From positions 544,001 through 608,000 of the forward strand of contig CAVXPZ010000001.1 in the NCBI GenBank assembly GCA_963763775.1: 64,000 nucleotides of DNA. Direction: 5' to 3'. Both the position numbers and the translations under genes were made by a program. This DNA comes from an uncultured Chloroflexia bacterium. GTDB taxonomy: Bacteria > Chloroflexota > Limnocylindria > Limnocylindrales > CSP1-4. Below, in pieces: positions 53,180 to 63,325 of this stretch. The stretch's first letter is position 1. Each line of letters opens with the position of its first letter. Under the pieces are notes generated by a model. The model was not told the origin of the DNA and ran no database searches. It worked only from the letters and a program-made list of their open reading frames with translations.

Positions 53180-54556
53180 ATGACGCTCGCGGACTCGGTC
53201 CTCGATCGATTCCGATCATCGTTCAGGGGCGAGATCATCGCTCCGGGCCAGCCCGACTATGACAGCGCGCGACTCGTCTGGAGCGCGCTCTACGACCGGC
53301 GACCGAGGCTGGTCGTTCGGCCGGAGACCGTGGAGGATGTCACTGCGGCCGTCCGCTACGCCCGCGAGGCGGACCTCCGGATCGCGGTCCGCGGCGGAGG
53401 CCACAGCATCACCGGCTTCTCGACCTGCGACGGTGGCATCGTCATCGACCTGTCGCGGATGCGCGGCGTCTCGGTCGACCCGAGCCGCCGCCTCGCACGC
53501 GCGAATGGCGGGGCGCATCTCGGCGAGCTTGACCGCGAGGCCCAGGCGCATGGTCTCGTCTGTCCGATCGGGACCGTCGGGCACACCGGCGTCGCCGGCC
53601 TGGCGCTCGGCGGGGGCGTCGGCCGGCTCCAGAGGCGGTTCGGATTTACGGTGGACAACCTGACCGCCGTCGAGCTCGTGACGGCTGACGGGGCGCACGT
53701 GCGAGCGAGCGAGACCGACCATCCGGACTTGTTCTGGGCGATGCGGGGGGCCGGACCCAACTTCGGGGTCGTCACGGCCCTGGAGTTCCGGCTCCATCCG
53801 TTCGAGGCCAACCTGACGAGGGGATTCCGCATCTACCGTCCGACCGATGCGCTCCCGGTGTGGGACGCCTTCCGAGCCGTGCTCGCCGCTGCGCCGCGCG
53901 AGCTCGCGCTGAACTTCGTGATCAGCCGCGCAGTGCCGGAGGAGGAGTATCCGGCCGATGTCGCGGGCGGGCCGATCGTCCTCGTCGCGTTCGCCCACAC
54001 CGGCACCGAGGCCGAGGCGGTGGCCGCGCTCGCGCCGCTTGCGTCCGCGGCCGCCCCCGTCATGGAGGTTCTCGGCGAGAAGCCGTACCTGGAGATCCAG
54101 GGGCTCTACGACGACGCCTACGGCTGGGGCCAGCGGTACTACGCCTACGGGGCCTTCGCCGACGACCTGCGGCCTGCGACGATCCAGGCGCTCGTCGACC
54201 ACGCCGCCGATGTGATCGGCGACTCCGGGTTCACGGCCGCCGGGCAAGGTGGCGCGATCGCCGATGTACCCGACTCAGCGACCGCGTTCACGGGTCACGC
54301 TGCGAGCCTTCGGACCATCGCCGAGTCCCAGTGGCAGGACCCAGCGGACGATGCGGTCGCGATGGACTGGTGTCGCCGCGCCATGGTCATCGCCGCGCCG
54401 GACAGTGTCGTCGGACGCTACGTGAACGAGGTCTTCGAGGACGGCACGGATCCGGCGACGATCTACGGGCCGGAGAAGCTGGAACGTCTCGTCGGCGTCA
54501 AGCGCGCGTGGGACCCCGACAACGTGTTCCGCGGCAATCACAACATCCGCCCTTAG
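53180..54556 (+). CDS. FAD-binding oxidoreductase (VAO/BBE family)
   Basis: RGGGHS, GLALGGG, DLFWAMRGAG.NFG, YVN, KRAWDPDNVF. Confidence 0.92.
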   Translation: MTLADSVLDRFRSSFRGEIIAPGQPDYDSARLVWSALYDRRPRLVVRPETVEDVTAAVRYAREADLRIAVRGGGHSITGFSTCDGGIVIDLSRMRGVSVDPSRRLARANGGAHLGELDREAQAHGLVCPIGTVGHTGVAGLALGGGVGRLQRRFGFTVDNLTAVELVTADGAHVRASETDHPDLFWAMRGAGPNFGVVTALEFRLHPFEANLTRGFRIYRPTDALPVWDAFRAVLAAAPRELALNFVISRAVPEEEYPADVAGGPIVLVAFAHTGTEAEAVAALAPLASAAAPVMEVLGEKPYLEIQGLYDDAYGWGQRYYAYGAFADDLRPATIQALVDHAADVIGDSGFTAAGQGGAIADVPDSATAFTGHAASLRTIAESQWQDPADDAVAMDWCRRAMVIAAPDSVVGRYVNEVFEDGTDPATIYGPEKLERLVGVKRAWDPDNVFRGNHNIRP

Positions 54557-54611
54557 AGGAGGCGAAGCGGTCGACCCGCTCGCGTCGTTCGCGAGCGCCT
54601 GACGGCGGCGG

Positions 54612-56045
54612 TCAGGGTTCGCTCACGTCGGCCGGGACGCGCGGCGTGCCGGCACGCTTCGTGCGGTGGTGCGGAACCCCGACGCACGTGAACAGCAGCG
54701 CTGCCAGCGGCTCGCCAAGGAGCGCGGGGATCTCGGAATCGAGGAACGTCATCCCGGATGCGCCGATGCCGAGCGCGTACGCGGCCAGATGCAGGCGGCC
54801 CTCCACGATGCCGGCATCGAGCTGGGCCTCGCGGTACCCGCGGTCGTCGAGGCGATCCAGGAGGACCGCCCCGATGACGACGAACGAGGCATCACGTCCC
54901 AGGTCCTGCCCGTAGCAGGCGACCCACAACTCGTCCCGGAGCGAACCCCGTCGCACCGGACGCTCGAGGTCAGGCCAGCGGTAGAGTCCGGGCGCGAGCC
55001 CCTCGACGGCATGGACGGCGATGAAGTGCGGTAGCCGGGTGCCTCGGAGTGACACAGCGAGCGAGCGCTCGAACGTGCGCCGATCGACCTCGGCTGTCGC
55101 GTCGAGCGTCCGCGCCGAGCCGCGACGCAGGATGACCGTGTCGAGGTCGTCGGTCGCCGGCAGGTCGCCCTCGACCGCCGGCACTGTCGGCCACGGCTCG
55201 CCGAGCCGCTCCATGTCGCCGGCGTGCTGGGCGAGCGTCACCAGCGGGAACTCGACCGGTGCCATGTCGATGGCGCCGGTCGCCGCCTCGCCGCGGCGGC
55301 CGATCGCAGGCGCGCCGCCGCCCAGGGTGACGATGGCGAGTGGGAACTCCTGCGTCCCGTCGGCACCGACGAGCCGTGCGACGGCCGCGTCGGGGAATCG
55401 GGTCAGGAGCCCGGGCCGATAGCCACCCGCTTCGGCGAGCGCGAGCGTGTTCGCGAGCATCGTGCCCGCGTCCCAGTAGATGTGCCGGTACCCGCGCTCC
55501 GCGTACCGCCACCCCGTCCGCCACGGGATGCCCGTCACCACGATGGCCGTTGCGTCGCCAGTCGGCGCAGGGCCGACCCGGCGGAGCGAGTGCGCCACGG
55601 GGTCGTACCAATAGACGCCATCGGGAAGGCCGGAAACGCCGCGTGCGGCCACGTAGAGCTCGAGGGGGAACAACCCTCCGGCCGACCCAGCAGGACGGAA
55701 CAGGAACCGCCGGCCGTCCCGGCGGACGGCGACCCGCACGACGCCGGCCGAGAGGTGGAGGAGGCGCGCGAGCCCTTCCAGGTCGAGTTCCCTGGCTGCC
55801 GGCGTGTGGCGTCCAGCGAGGAGGTCGAGCGTCGGAGCGTGCACGGGCGGCCAGGCCGCGGGAAGCTCGACGGTTGGAAGGCTGTCGGGATAGGCCTTGT
55901 GATGGGCCGGGAACGTCGGGCGGTGGTTGGGGACGAAGTCCTGGCGTACCAGCGGGTGGTCGATCGGCGTCGGCCACTCTTCGTCGGGTGCGCCCGAGTA
56001 GGAGCTCAGGCGGTGGTAGAGCCGCGCGGTGTCGCCGGGAGCCAT
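54612..56045 (-). CDS. SagB/ThcOx-type nitroreductase (tandem domains)
   Basis: RPAGSAGGLFPLELY, WRYAERGYR...DAG, RRGS, YREAQLDAG. Confidence 0.82.
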   Translation of the reverse strand: MAPGDTARLYHRLSSYSGAPDEEWPTPIDHPLVRQDFVPNHRPTFPAHHKAYPDSLPTVELPAAWPPVHAPTLDLLAGRHTPAARELDLEGLARLLHLSAGVVRVAVRRDGRRFLFRPAGSAGGLFPLELYVAARGVSGLPDGVYWYDPVAHSLRRVGPAPTGDATAIVVTGIPWRTGWRYAERGYRHIYWDAGTMLANTLALAEAGGYRPGLLTRFPDAAVARLVGADGTQEFPLAIVTLGGGAPAIGRRGEAATGAIDMAPVEFPLVTLAQHAGDMERLGEPWPTVPAVEGDLPATDDLDTVILRRGSARTLDATAEVDRRTFERSLAVSLRGTRLPHFIAVHAVEGLAPGLYRWPDLERPVRRGSLRDELWVACYGQDLGRDASFVVIGAVLLDRLDDRGYREAQLDAGIVEGRLHLAAYALGIGASGMTFLDSEIPALLGEPLAALLFTCVGVPHHRTKRAGTPRVPADVSEP

Positions 56046-56071
56046 GCTGCGGAGCGGCGACGGCCCTTCGG

Positions 56072-56512
56072 TCACCCCATCCGCTCGACCCACGCGGCGC
56101 GCCACGCGGGGGCATCGAATGGCGGGGCGAAATACCACGTCTCGCGATACACCTTGCCGCCTCGGAGCTGGATCAGCCCGGAGAGGAACCAGGTCGAGCC
56201 ATCGGGGTAGACGCTCGTCCCATCGAAGAACCAGAAGTCGCCGCTCCCGACGACGCGGTGGATCGTGTTCAAGGGTGTCGCGATCCATTGGTCCTCGCTT
56301 CCGACGACACGGACCGACAAGTCGCTCGGCCGCCCGCCTGGCCAGTTCTCCATGATCGCCCGGTCGTTCGCGCTGCCGCGAACCCGCTCGCCCGACTGGG
56401 GCCACTCGCACGACCAGTCCGGGTCGCGCAAGGCGTCGGCCGAGTCGTAGTCATGCGCGGCCCGCGCCTCGATGTAGCGACGGACGATCTCCTCGTTGGA
56501 CGGGTTCGCCAC
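56072..56512 (-). CDS. SnoaL/NTF2-like protein
   Basis: EWPQSGERVRG, RETWYFA.PF.AP.WR; AGAGGAG RBS. Confidence 0.82.
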   Translation of the reverse strand: MANPSNEEIVRRYIEARAAHDYDSADALRDPDWSCEWPQSGERVRGSANDRAIMENWPGGRPSDLSVRVVGSEDQWIATPLNTIHRVVGSGDFWFFDGTSVYPDGSTWFLSGLIQLRGGKVYRETWYFAPPFDAPAWRAAWVERMG

Positions 56513-56531
56513 GCTCTCTCCTCTGATGCAC

Positions 56532-56547
56532 TGGCGCCCCCGGACGG
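56532..56547 (-). repeat. att-like copy 1 of tRNA-Arg 3' end (16 bp)
   Basis: TGGCGCCCCCGGACGG identical to 63326-63341. Confidence 0.85.
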
Positions 56548-56560
56548 TGCCCGGGGAACG

Positions 56561-56605
56561 GCGGTCACATGCGGACCCGCTTGGCTAGTACGCCGGGGCG
56601 GCATG
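56561..56605 (+). repeat. Islet motif copy 1: GCGGTCACATGCGGACYCGCT-N6-GTAC-N9-GCATG
   Basis: Aligns without gaps to 58021-58065. Confidence 0.75.
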
Positions 56606-56643
56606 AGCATCCATGTCCGGTGTCGTACCGGCCCCGTCGGACG

Positions 56644-57792
56644 CTAAGGACGAAGGTCCGCCAGATCGAACTTCAGGACGCGGTGGCCCTGCTCATCCGG
56701 GATCCAGATGGCGGTCGAAGTCATGACCGGAATGTCAGCGTCAAGCGGACCGAGGTCCCAAACCGCGGTCGTGTGCCCAGTGGCCGCATCGACGGCGACC
56801 AAGCTTGAATCGATCGTCCCGTCGTCCTGCTGGTGGGGCAGGATGAACCAGAGCGCGTCATCCCCCACGAGCACTGCGCTGAAGCCAGGGACGTTCAGGG
56901 AGCTCTTGACAGTCTTGGTGTTCGGATCGATCTCCACGACCGTTGCGCCCCCGGGGCCGTCGGCCCCCTGGAACACTGAACAGCCGCTCCAGATGTCACC
57001 GGTGGCCGACTCGCCAAATGGGCAGCCACTTCCCCCGGGGACCGCGATCGTGGCGAGGGGCGCGCCGGTCGCCGGATCGACACGCATCACCTGAGTGCCG
57101 TCTGAACTGCCACCCCAGAACGCGCCTTTGCTAGTCGCCCACCCCGCCGGGATCTTCGCCCCCAGCGTTCCCGTCGCCCGATCTACGGGGTAGAAGCCCC
57201 CCGCCTTCAGGCCCACATACATGTCCTTACCGACGACGATGAAGTCGCGAGGCCCTTGGACGGATGCTTTCAGCTCGACGCTGCCCGTGGTGGGGTCGAC
57301 GCGCTCGATCAGGCTCTGGCTGTCGCTGGCGAGCCACAGCCCGTCGGCGGCCACGGCAATGTGTCCGTTCCCTGTGTGCATGTCCGGCACGGTGATCCGC
57401 GTCCGGGCATCCGTCTGCCCATTCACGTGGAGGATCGCGCCATCGACGCCGATCCAAACGCCCTTGCCGTCCGCGACGACCGGTATGGCGCTGCTCGCGT
57501 CTGGGAGATCGATCACCGCAGAGGGGGCCAAGGGCGCCGCGGAAGGGAGCACCGAGGTCGGGGTGGGCGGCGCGGACGCCGCGACAGAGGTCGCCACTGG
57601 CGTAGCGGAAGCGAGCGCCGAGATCGCGGTGGGGAGCGCGGAGGTCGCGGGGCTCGGGGAAAGGGAGGTGCAGCCGATCACGAGGGTGGCAGCCCCGAGC
57701 ACGAGAACGGCAGTGGTGGAACGAACACGGACACGCGCAGATGCGGGTTCGCCACGCGCGGCATGCAGCCGTGCGTTCGAAGATCGAGACAT
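56644..57792 (-). CDS. Putative lipoprotein with Vgb/YncE-like beta-propeller
   Basis: LVIGC lipobox, Pro/Ser/Thr linker, repeated 'G.W....RVDP.TG' units. Confidence 0.75.
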   Translation of the reverse strand: MSRSSNARLHAARGEPASARVRVRSTTAVLVLGAATLVIGCTSLSPSPATSALPTAISALASATPVATSVAASAPPTPTSVLPSAAPLAPSAVIDLPDASSAIPVVADGKGVWIGVDGAILHVNGQTDARTRITVPDMHTGNGHIAVAADGLWLASDSQSLIERVDPTTGSVELKASVQGPRDFIVVGKDMYVGLKAGGFYPVDRATGTLGAKIPAGWATSKGAFWGGSSDGTQVMRVDPATGAPLATIAVPGGSGCPFGESATGDIWSGCSVFQGADGPGGATVVEIDPNTKTVKSSLNVPGFSAVLVGDDALWFILPHQQDDGTIDSSLVAVDAATGHTTAVWDLGPLDADIPVMTSTAIWIPDEQGHRVLKFDLADLRP

Positions 57793-57903
57793 GAGCACGC
57801 CCTCTCACAGAGGCAGAGGAGCGGGCGATCGCAGGTCAAGGCCGCGAATCAGGGCCGACACATGCCACGTATGCGATCCAACCGTGCGTGCCGGCACCGG
57901 GTT

Positions 57904-57926
57904 TGTCAATTGTCAGACTGCTGTCA
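57904..57926 (-). repeat. Three TGACA repeats next to att copy 2 (possible integrase arm-type sites)
   Basis: Minus strand TGACAGCAGTC-TGACAAT-TGACA. Confidence 0.4.
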
Positions 57927-57928
57927 CC

Positions 57929-57950
57929 GTGGCGCCCCCGGACGGACTCG
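57929..57950 (-). repeat. att-like copy 2 of tRNA-Arg 3' end (21/22 bp)
   Basis: GTGGCGCCCCCGGACGGACTCG vs GTGGCGCCCCCGGACGGATTCG at 63325-63346. Confidence 0.9.
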
Positions 57951-58020
57951 GGCCTCCAGCAGCAACGCGGCATCCTGGACTGGTATCTCGAGGTCGGGTA
58001 ACGACGCTCGCCACCCTCCA

Positions 58021-58065
58021 GCGGTCACATGCGGACTCGCTGGCGTCGTACCCGGCCGTCGCATG
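58021..58065 (+). repeat. Islet motif copy 2
   Basis: First 16 bp identical to 56561-56576; GTAC and GCATG in the same register. Confidence 0.75.
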
Positions 58066-58520
58066 GGGCCCAGCCCGTCGTGGTGGCGGATCGAGGGCGA
58101 CTCGGCCGTGGATCCAATCGGACGCCACTTAGATCGATCCGGCCTCGGGCCGTTCGCCCCGCGCCGTCCGGCTGGAGAGCCGGTCCCCGGCGGGCGGCTA
58201 CATCGAGGGAAGCATCCTGTACATCGTCGAGCGACGTGGTAGCCGACCGGTCGTCGTCCATCTAGCCTGGGACAGCGTCCCGGACCTCGGAGACGTGGAG
58301 GAGGCGATCCTTTCGATCGCTCAACCCAGACGGTTCCGGGCCTGCCGTGCTGGTCTCCTATCCCGGTGACTCATGGGCGTCGGTGATCAAGACCGGTACG
58401 GGATGTAGCGCCGCTTGGTGACAGCCGGCCCGAGCCCAGCACGACCATGACGAGGTCCGCGCGCTAACCACGACTGCGGGGCGCTCAAGCAGACGGGAAC
58501 CGCGGCCAGCGACGACCGCA

Positions 58521-60726
58521 TCAGACGGACGGGTCGTTCCGTAGAGCCGCCCACACCCGCCCCGAGGTCATCGGGAGCTCCCGGAGGCGCACGCCCATGG
58601 CTGCTGCGATCGCATTGGCGATGGCCGCCGGCGCTGGCAAGACCGGAGCCTCGGCCATGCCGCGCGCGCCGAACGGGCCCTCCGGCGCCGGGATCTCCAG
58701 CCAATGGGTCTCGATGGGCGGGAGCATCGACGCCCGCGGCAGCGCGTAGTCCATCAGCGTCCCGGTGAGGAGCTGACCGGCGTCGTCGTGCACCAACGCC
58801 TCGACCAGCGCCCGGCCGATGCCCTGGACGGCGCCGCCGACCATCTGGCCCTCGACAAGCGCCGGGTTGAGCGCGCGGCCGACGTCTTGCACGGCAACGT
58901 AGTTCAGCAGCGTGACCCTGCCGGTCTCCGAGTCCACGCGGACATGGACGAGGTGCGCAGTCGCGGTGGGGGCCTGCTCGGTGTGAGAGGTGGCGCCGTG
59001 GCCCTCGACCGGCGGATGCGGCGACGCCCAGGTCGTCGCCAGTTCGTGCGCCAGATCCGCCACGACGATCCCCAGACGACGAGCCATCGCGTGGCCGGAT
59101 CACCCCATCGACGAGCTCCAGGTCGTGCGGGTCGATCTCCAGCTCCTCAGCGGCGATCGCTAGCAGCCGGTCCCGGGCATCCTTGGCGGCCGCACGGACG
59201 GCGGGCCCGACCGCGTAGGTGATCGCGCTCGCGCTCGTGGCGGGCGTGGGCGGCGCGCTGTCGGTGGACGGGACCACGACGCGCACCGCCTCGAACGGGA
59301 CGCCGAACTCCTCCGCGGCGATGGCGCCGAGGATCGTCAGGCTGCCGGCGAGGTCGACGACGCCAGTGACGACCGTGAGCGTGCCGTCGGGCTCGAGCCG
59401 GCACGTCGCCGCCGCCGGCTGCATCGAATTGCGCCACACGCCGACCGCCACGCCGACGCCCTCGCCTGAAGGGAGCGCGTCGCGCTCCACCCACAGCGGG
59501 TGGGCTCGGACCGCCTCGAGGCACTCGGCGAGACCGATCCGGGGCCATCGGTCCCCCCCGATCATCGGGTCGCCCTCCGCGACGAGGTTGCGCAGACGAA
59601 GCTCGATCGGATCGATGCCGAGCGTCGCCGCAAGCTCGTCGATCAGCGACTCGAGGGCGAACAGGCCCTGCGGCCCGGAGGGGGCCCGATAATGGCCGGA
59701 CCCGAATCTGTTCGTCCGGACGCCCGCCGAGCGCACGTCGATCCCAGGCCAGCGGTACGGGCCCGAGATCAGGGCAGCGGCGAACCATTCCCACGAGGCG
59801 TCGGGAAATGCTCCCGCGTCGTAGACCATGTCGGCCTGGAGGCCGGCGAGCCGGCCGTCGCGTTCGGCGCCGATGCGCAGCCGGGTCGTCACCGCCTGAG
59901 CCGGGTTCGTCGCCGCCATGTCCTCGCGACGGGTGAGCACCAGGCGGACGGGCCGGTGGAGACGCAGCGCCGCGCCCGCCACCAGTGGCTCGATCAGCAC
60001 CTCCTTGGAGCCGAACGCGCCGCCGATCGGCGGCGCCGTGACGCGGACCCGGCTCGGCGGGAGGTCGAACAGCGTCGCGAGCGTGTCGCGGGCGTCGAAC
60101 AGGCCCTGCGTGCTCGATGCGACCACGAGGGTGCCGTCGTCATCGATCCACGCCGTCGCAGCGTGCGGCTCGATGTAGCCCTGGTGGACCCACGGGGCGA
60201 CGAAGCGGCCGTGGACCACCACGTCTGCGGTGGCGAGCGCAGCGGCGGCGTCGCCGTCGGCGACGTGGTACCGCTGGAGTACCTGGTCGGCGCCGGCATC
60301 GGCGGCGGCCTCCGCGTCGAGGACAGGCTCGAGCGGCTCGGCATCGACGAGGACGGCCTCGGCGCCATCCGTCGCCGCGGCTTCCGTGCGTGCGACGACC
60401 AGGGCGACCGGCTGGCCCGCGAACACGGCGACGTCCCGTGCCAGCGGCACGGCGCGCCGCCCATCGCTAACCGCGACGACGCGGAAGTCGTTCGCTGTGA
60501 GGACCGCGACGACGCCGGGCACGGCGAGGGCGGCGGAGGCGTCGATGGATCGGATCCGCGCGTGCGCGTACACGGACGGCACGATCCGCGCGTGGAGGAG
60601 CCCAGCGGGCGCCGTCTGGTCTGCGGCGAAGCGGGCGGTGCCCGTGACCTTGGCGAGCGAGTCGGCGCGAGGTCGAGAGACCCCGATGACGCGGTAGGCT
60701 GCGCCATCCCCGCGACCGTCTGCCAT
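58521..60726 (-). CDS. Xanthine dehydrogenase/CoxL-family molybdopterin-binding subunit (frameshift ~59095)
   Basis: KVTGTARF, HARI, QGYIEPH, GGAFGSK, YRAP, DVGRALNP..VEGQ..GG, GARGMAE. Confidence 0.9.
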
Positions 60727-60949
60727 CTGCGCATTGTGCGCGTTGCCGGGCCCGTGGCGCCGCCGGACGGTCCTGAGAGGACGACGCGCGTCGCGACCCG
60801 CTCGCGTGGTACGCGGCGCGACCTGCCTGACCGCCGCCAGACGTCTGGCCATCATCCCGCTGACTCACCCGAAAGCCCAACGCCCGGTATCTACCATGTG
60901 AGGCCGGATCCAGGGCGGATCGGGCCGTCCGATCAAACGGGAGGCTAGG

Positions 60950-61480
60950 ATGACGGTCCAGGCACTGCGCCGAGGACGCCCCGAGGTGCTGGCCGAACTG
61001 CTCGACCGGTACGGCCGGGACATGCAGGCGGTGGCCTACCTCATCGTCCGTGACCGGGCCGCCGCAGAGGACATCGTGGCCGACAGCCTGCTCGCGGCCC
61101 TCGACCACGGTCGGAGTCTCCGTGACGACGATGCCCTGCGACCGTGGTTGCTCCGGATCGCCACCAACAAGGCGCTTCGATATCGCCAGCGCGCCGCCCA
61201 CGTCGTCGATCTCCAGGTCGTCGAGGGGACCGTCGCCGAGCCCAGGGGACCGACCGCCGACGACTCGTTGGCGCTCTGGCAGGCCGTCCGCGACCTGCCG
61301 CCCCGGATGCGTGCCGCGATCGGCCTGCGCTACTACCTCGACCTGCCGGTCGAGACGGTGGCGGAGGTGCTCGAGGTCAGCCCGAACACCATCAAGACCC
61401 AACTGAAGTCGGCCCTCACGCACCTGCGGACGGCCCTCGCCGATGAACCGATGCCCGTCGCGGAGGTGCGACATGCCTGA
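60950..61480 (+). CDS. ECF RNA polymerase sigma factor
   Basis: AEDIVAD, LRPWLLRIATN, LPPRMR...LRYY.DL...VA..L...NTIK; GGAGG RBS. Confidence 0.9.
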   Translation: MTVQALRRGRPEVLAELLDRYGRDMQAVAYLIVRDRAAAEDIVADSLLAALDHGRSLRDDDALRPWLLRIATNKALRYRQRAAHVVDLQVVEGTVAEPRGPTADDSLALWQAVRDLPPRMRAAIGLRYYLDLPVETVAEVLEVSPNTIKTQLKSALTHLRTALADEPMPVAEVRHA

Positions 61481-63290
61481 GCTCGACGACACCGCGTTCG
61501 AACGTCGCCTCCGCGGGGTCCTGAAGGAGCACCTGGGAGCGCTGCCGCTCGACCTCACGGTCGACGCTCTTGATCGCCGCCGGGAGGCCAAGGGGGTTGC
61601 CCGACGATCCGGCCGCGGTCGCAGCATGACGCTCCTCGCCGCCGCAGCCCTGCTCCTCGTCGGTGGGGCGTGGGCGTTGGCGGGCTCCGCCTCCTGCGGA
61701 TGCCGTCGGTCGTCCCGCCGGTGCCCGAACCATCGGTGATGGCGGTCGCCACGGCGTCGCCAGACGCGACGTCCCCGACCCCGAGCGAGTCGGCAACACC
61801 TTCCACAAGTCCGATCCCTGTCGCCGGTCCCGGAGGGGTCTGGATCCCGACCGGGACGATGGGCACTCCACGCTCCGGCTTCGCCGCGGTGCGACTCATC
61901 GACGGCCGGGTGCTCGTTGCGGGCGGCTACAACGGTGACACCCACCTGACGTCCGCTGAGTTGTACGACCCGACCAGCGGGACCTGGTCCGCCACCGGGA
62001 ACATGCTCAAGCCCCATGCTGGTTTCCAAGCCACGCTGCTGCGCGACGGCAAGGTGCTGGTGGGCGACGTCACCAATGGCGACGCGGATCACCCAAGCTA
62101 CGGCGCCGAGCTGTACGACCCGAGCACAGGGACCTGGAGTTCTACGGGGAGCCTCGAAGCCGGAGGTTTGACTCATTCGGCCACGCTGCTGGCCAGCGGT
62201 AAGGTTCTGTTGACGCCTGGCTGGCCCTTGACGGGCCACGGGTATGACGATCCCGCCCTACTGTACGACCCGGCCAGCGGGACCTTCACCGCCACCGGGC
62301 AGATGGTCACGCCCCAAACCAACTACACGGCCACGCTGCTGTCCGATGGCAGGGTGCTCGTGGTGGGCGGCGAATTCCCGAGCGTCAAGGCGCAGCTGTA
62401 CGACCCGGACACGGGGTCGTGGACGGCGACCGCGGATATGAACAAGCGCCTCCAGAGCCATGATGGCGACCGCATCACGGCCACGCTGCTGAGGGATGAC
62501 ACCGTGCTGGTGACGGGCCGAGGGAAATCCGAGCTGTACGACCCGGCCATGGGAACCTGGACCGCCACGCGGGAGCAGCCGAAGCGGGACTCGATGACGT
62601 TGCCCTCGGTCAGCGACACTGCGACGCTCCTGCTGGATGGCAGTGTGCTACTGGCCGGGCCCGATGGCGCCGAGCTGTACGACCCAACCGCCGGGTCCTG
62701 GACGCTGATCGGGTCCCCGCTCTACGGCACATCCTCGGCCACGCTGCTCCTCGATGGCACGGTCCTCGTGACGGACTTCACTTCGCCGGACAGCGACCTA
62801 GCTGAGAGCGCAGCGGAGCTGTACGTTCCGGCCGGCGTGGTGCCACCACCCGCGGTGGTTGCCCTCCCGACCCGGGCACCGACCCCGACAGCGACACCGA
62901 TCCCGACAGCGACACCGATCCCGAGCCCGTACCCGCCTGCGGACGGACCCGTGCCAGCCGGGCGCACGATCCTGGGCGGTCACGGTGGTCAATAAGAGCT
63001 CAGAACCCGCGACGCTGTTCTTGGCCGAGGACAACGGGAGCGCCCCCAGCGGGAACGGCCCGGGACAGCTGTGCGGGTCCGTGACCCCCAACTTCGTGCC
63101 AGCCGGCGTCACCAAGAAGGTAACGTTCATGCTCCCGCCGGAGCGGGTGACGGACTGCTGGCTCTGGGTGAACCCGGCCCCGGGCACTGGGGGATCGCTA
63201 TTCCAGACGTCCGATGCCCCCATGCCGGGCAAGATCCTCGTCGGGCCGGGGGAAGGGGGCAGGCCGCAAGGAGGCTGGCTTGGCCAGTAG
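61473..63290 (+). CDS. Putative anti-sigma/membrane protein with extracellular Kelch repeats (frameshifts ~61680, ~62965)
   Basis: Overlaps the sigma stop; FERRLR N-terminus, TM, repeated ATLL.DGRVL...AELYDP..G.W. Confidence 0.8.
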
Positions 63291-63325
63291 GCGACGAACC
63301 TCGCAGAACCATCCTGAGCGGCAAG

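Noticed and set aside
54612-56512. RiPP/azole cluster around the SagB-like gene
   Set aside because: No YcaO, precursor peptide or exporter nearby
56945-56954. Further partial att match GCGCCCCCGG
   Set aside because: Only 10 bp, inside a CDS; expected by chance at this GC content
1634-63290. Programmed frameshifting or mass pseudogenisation
   Set aside because: Indels hit essential genes (thrS, pheT), with no shared slippery motif and no nonsense decay; consistent with uncorrected long-read errors
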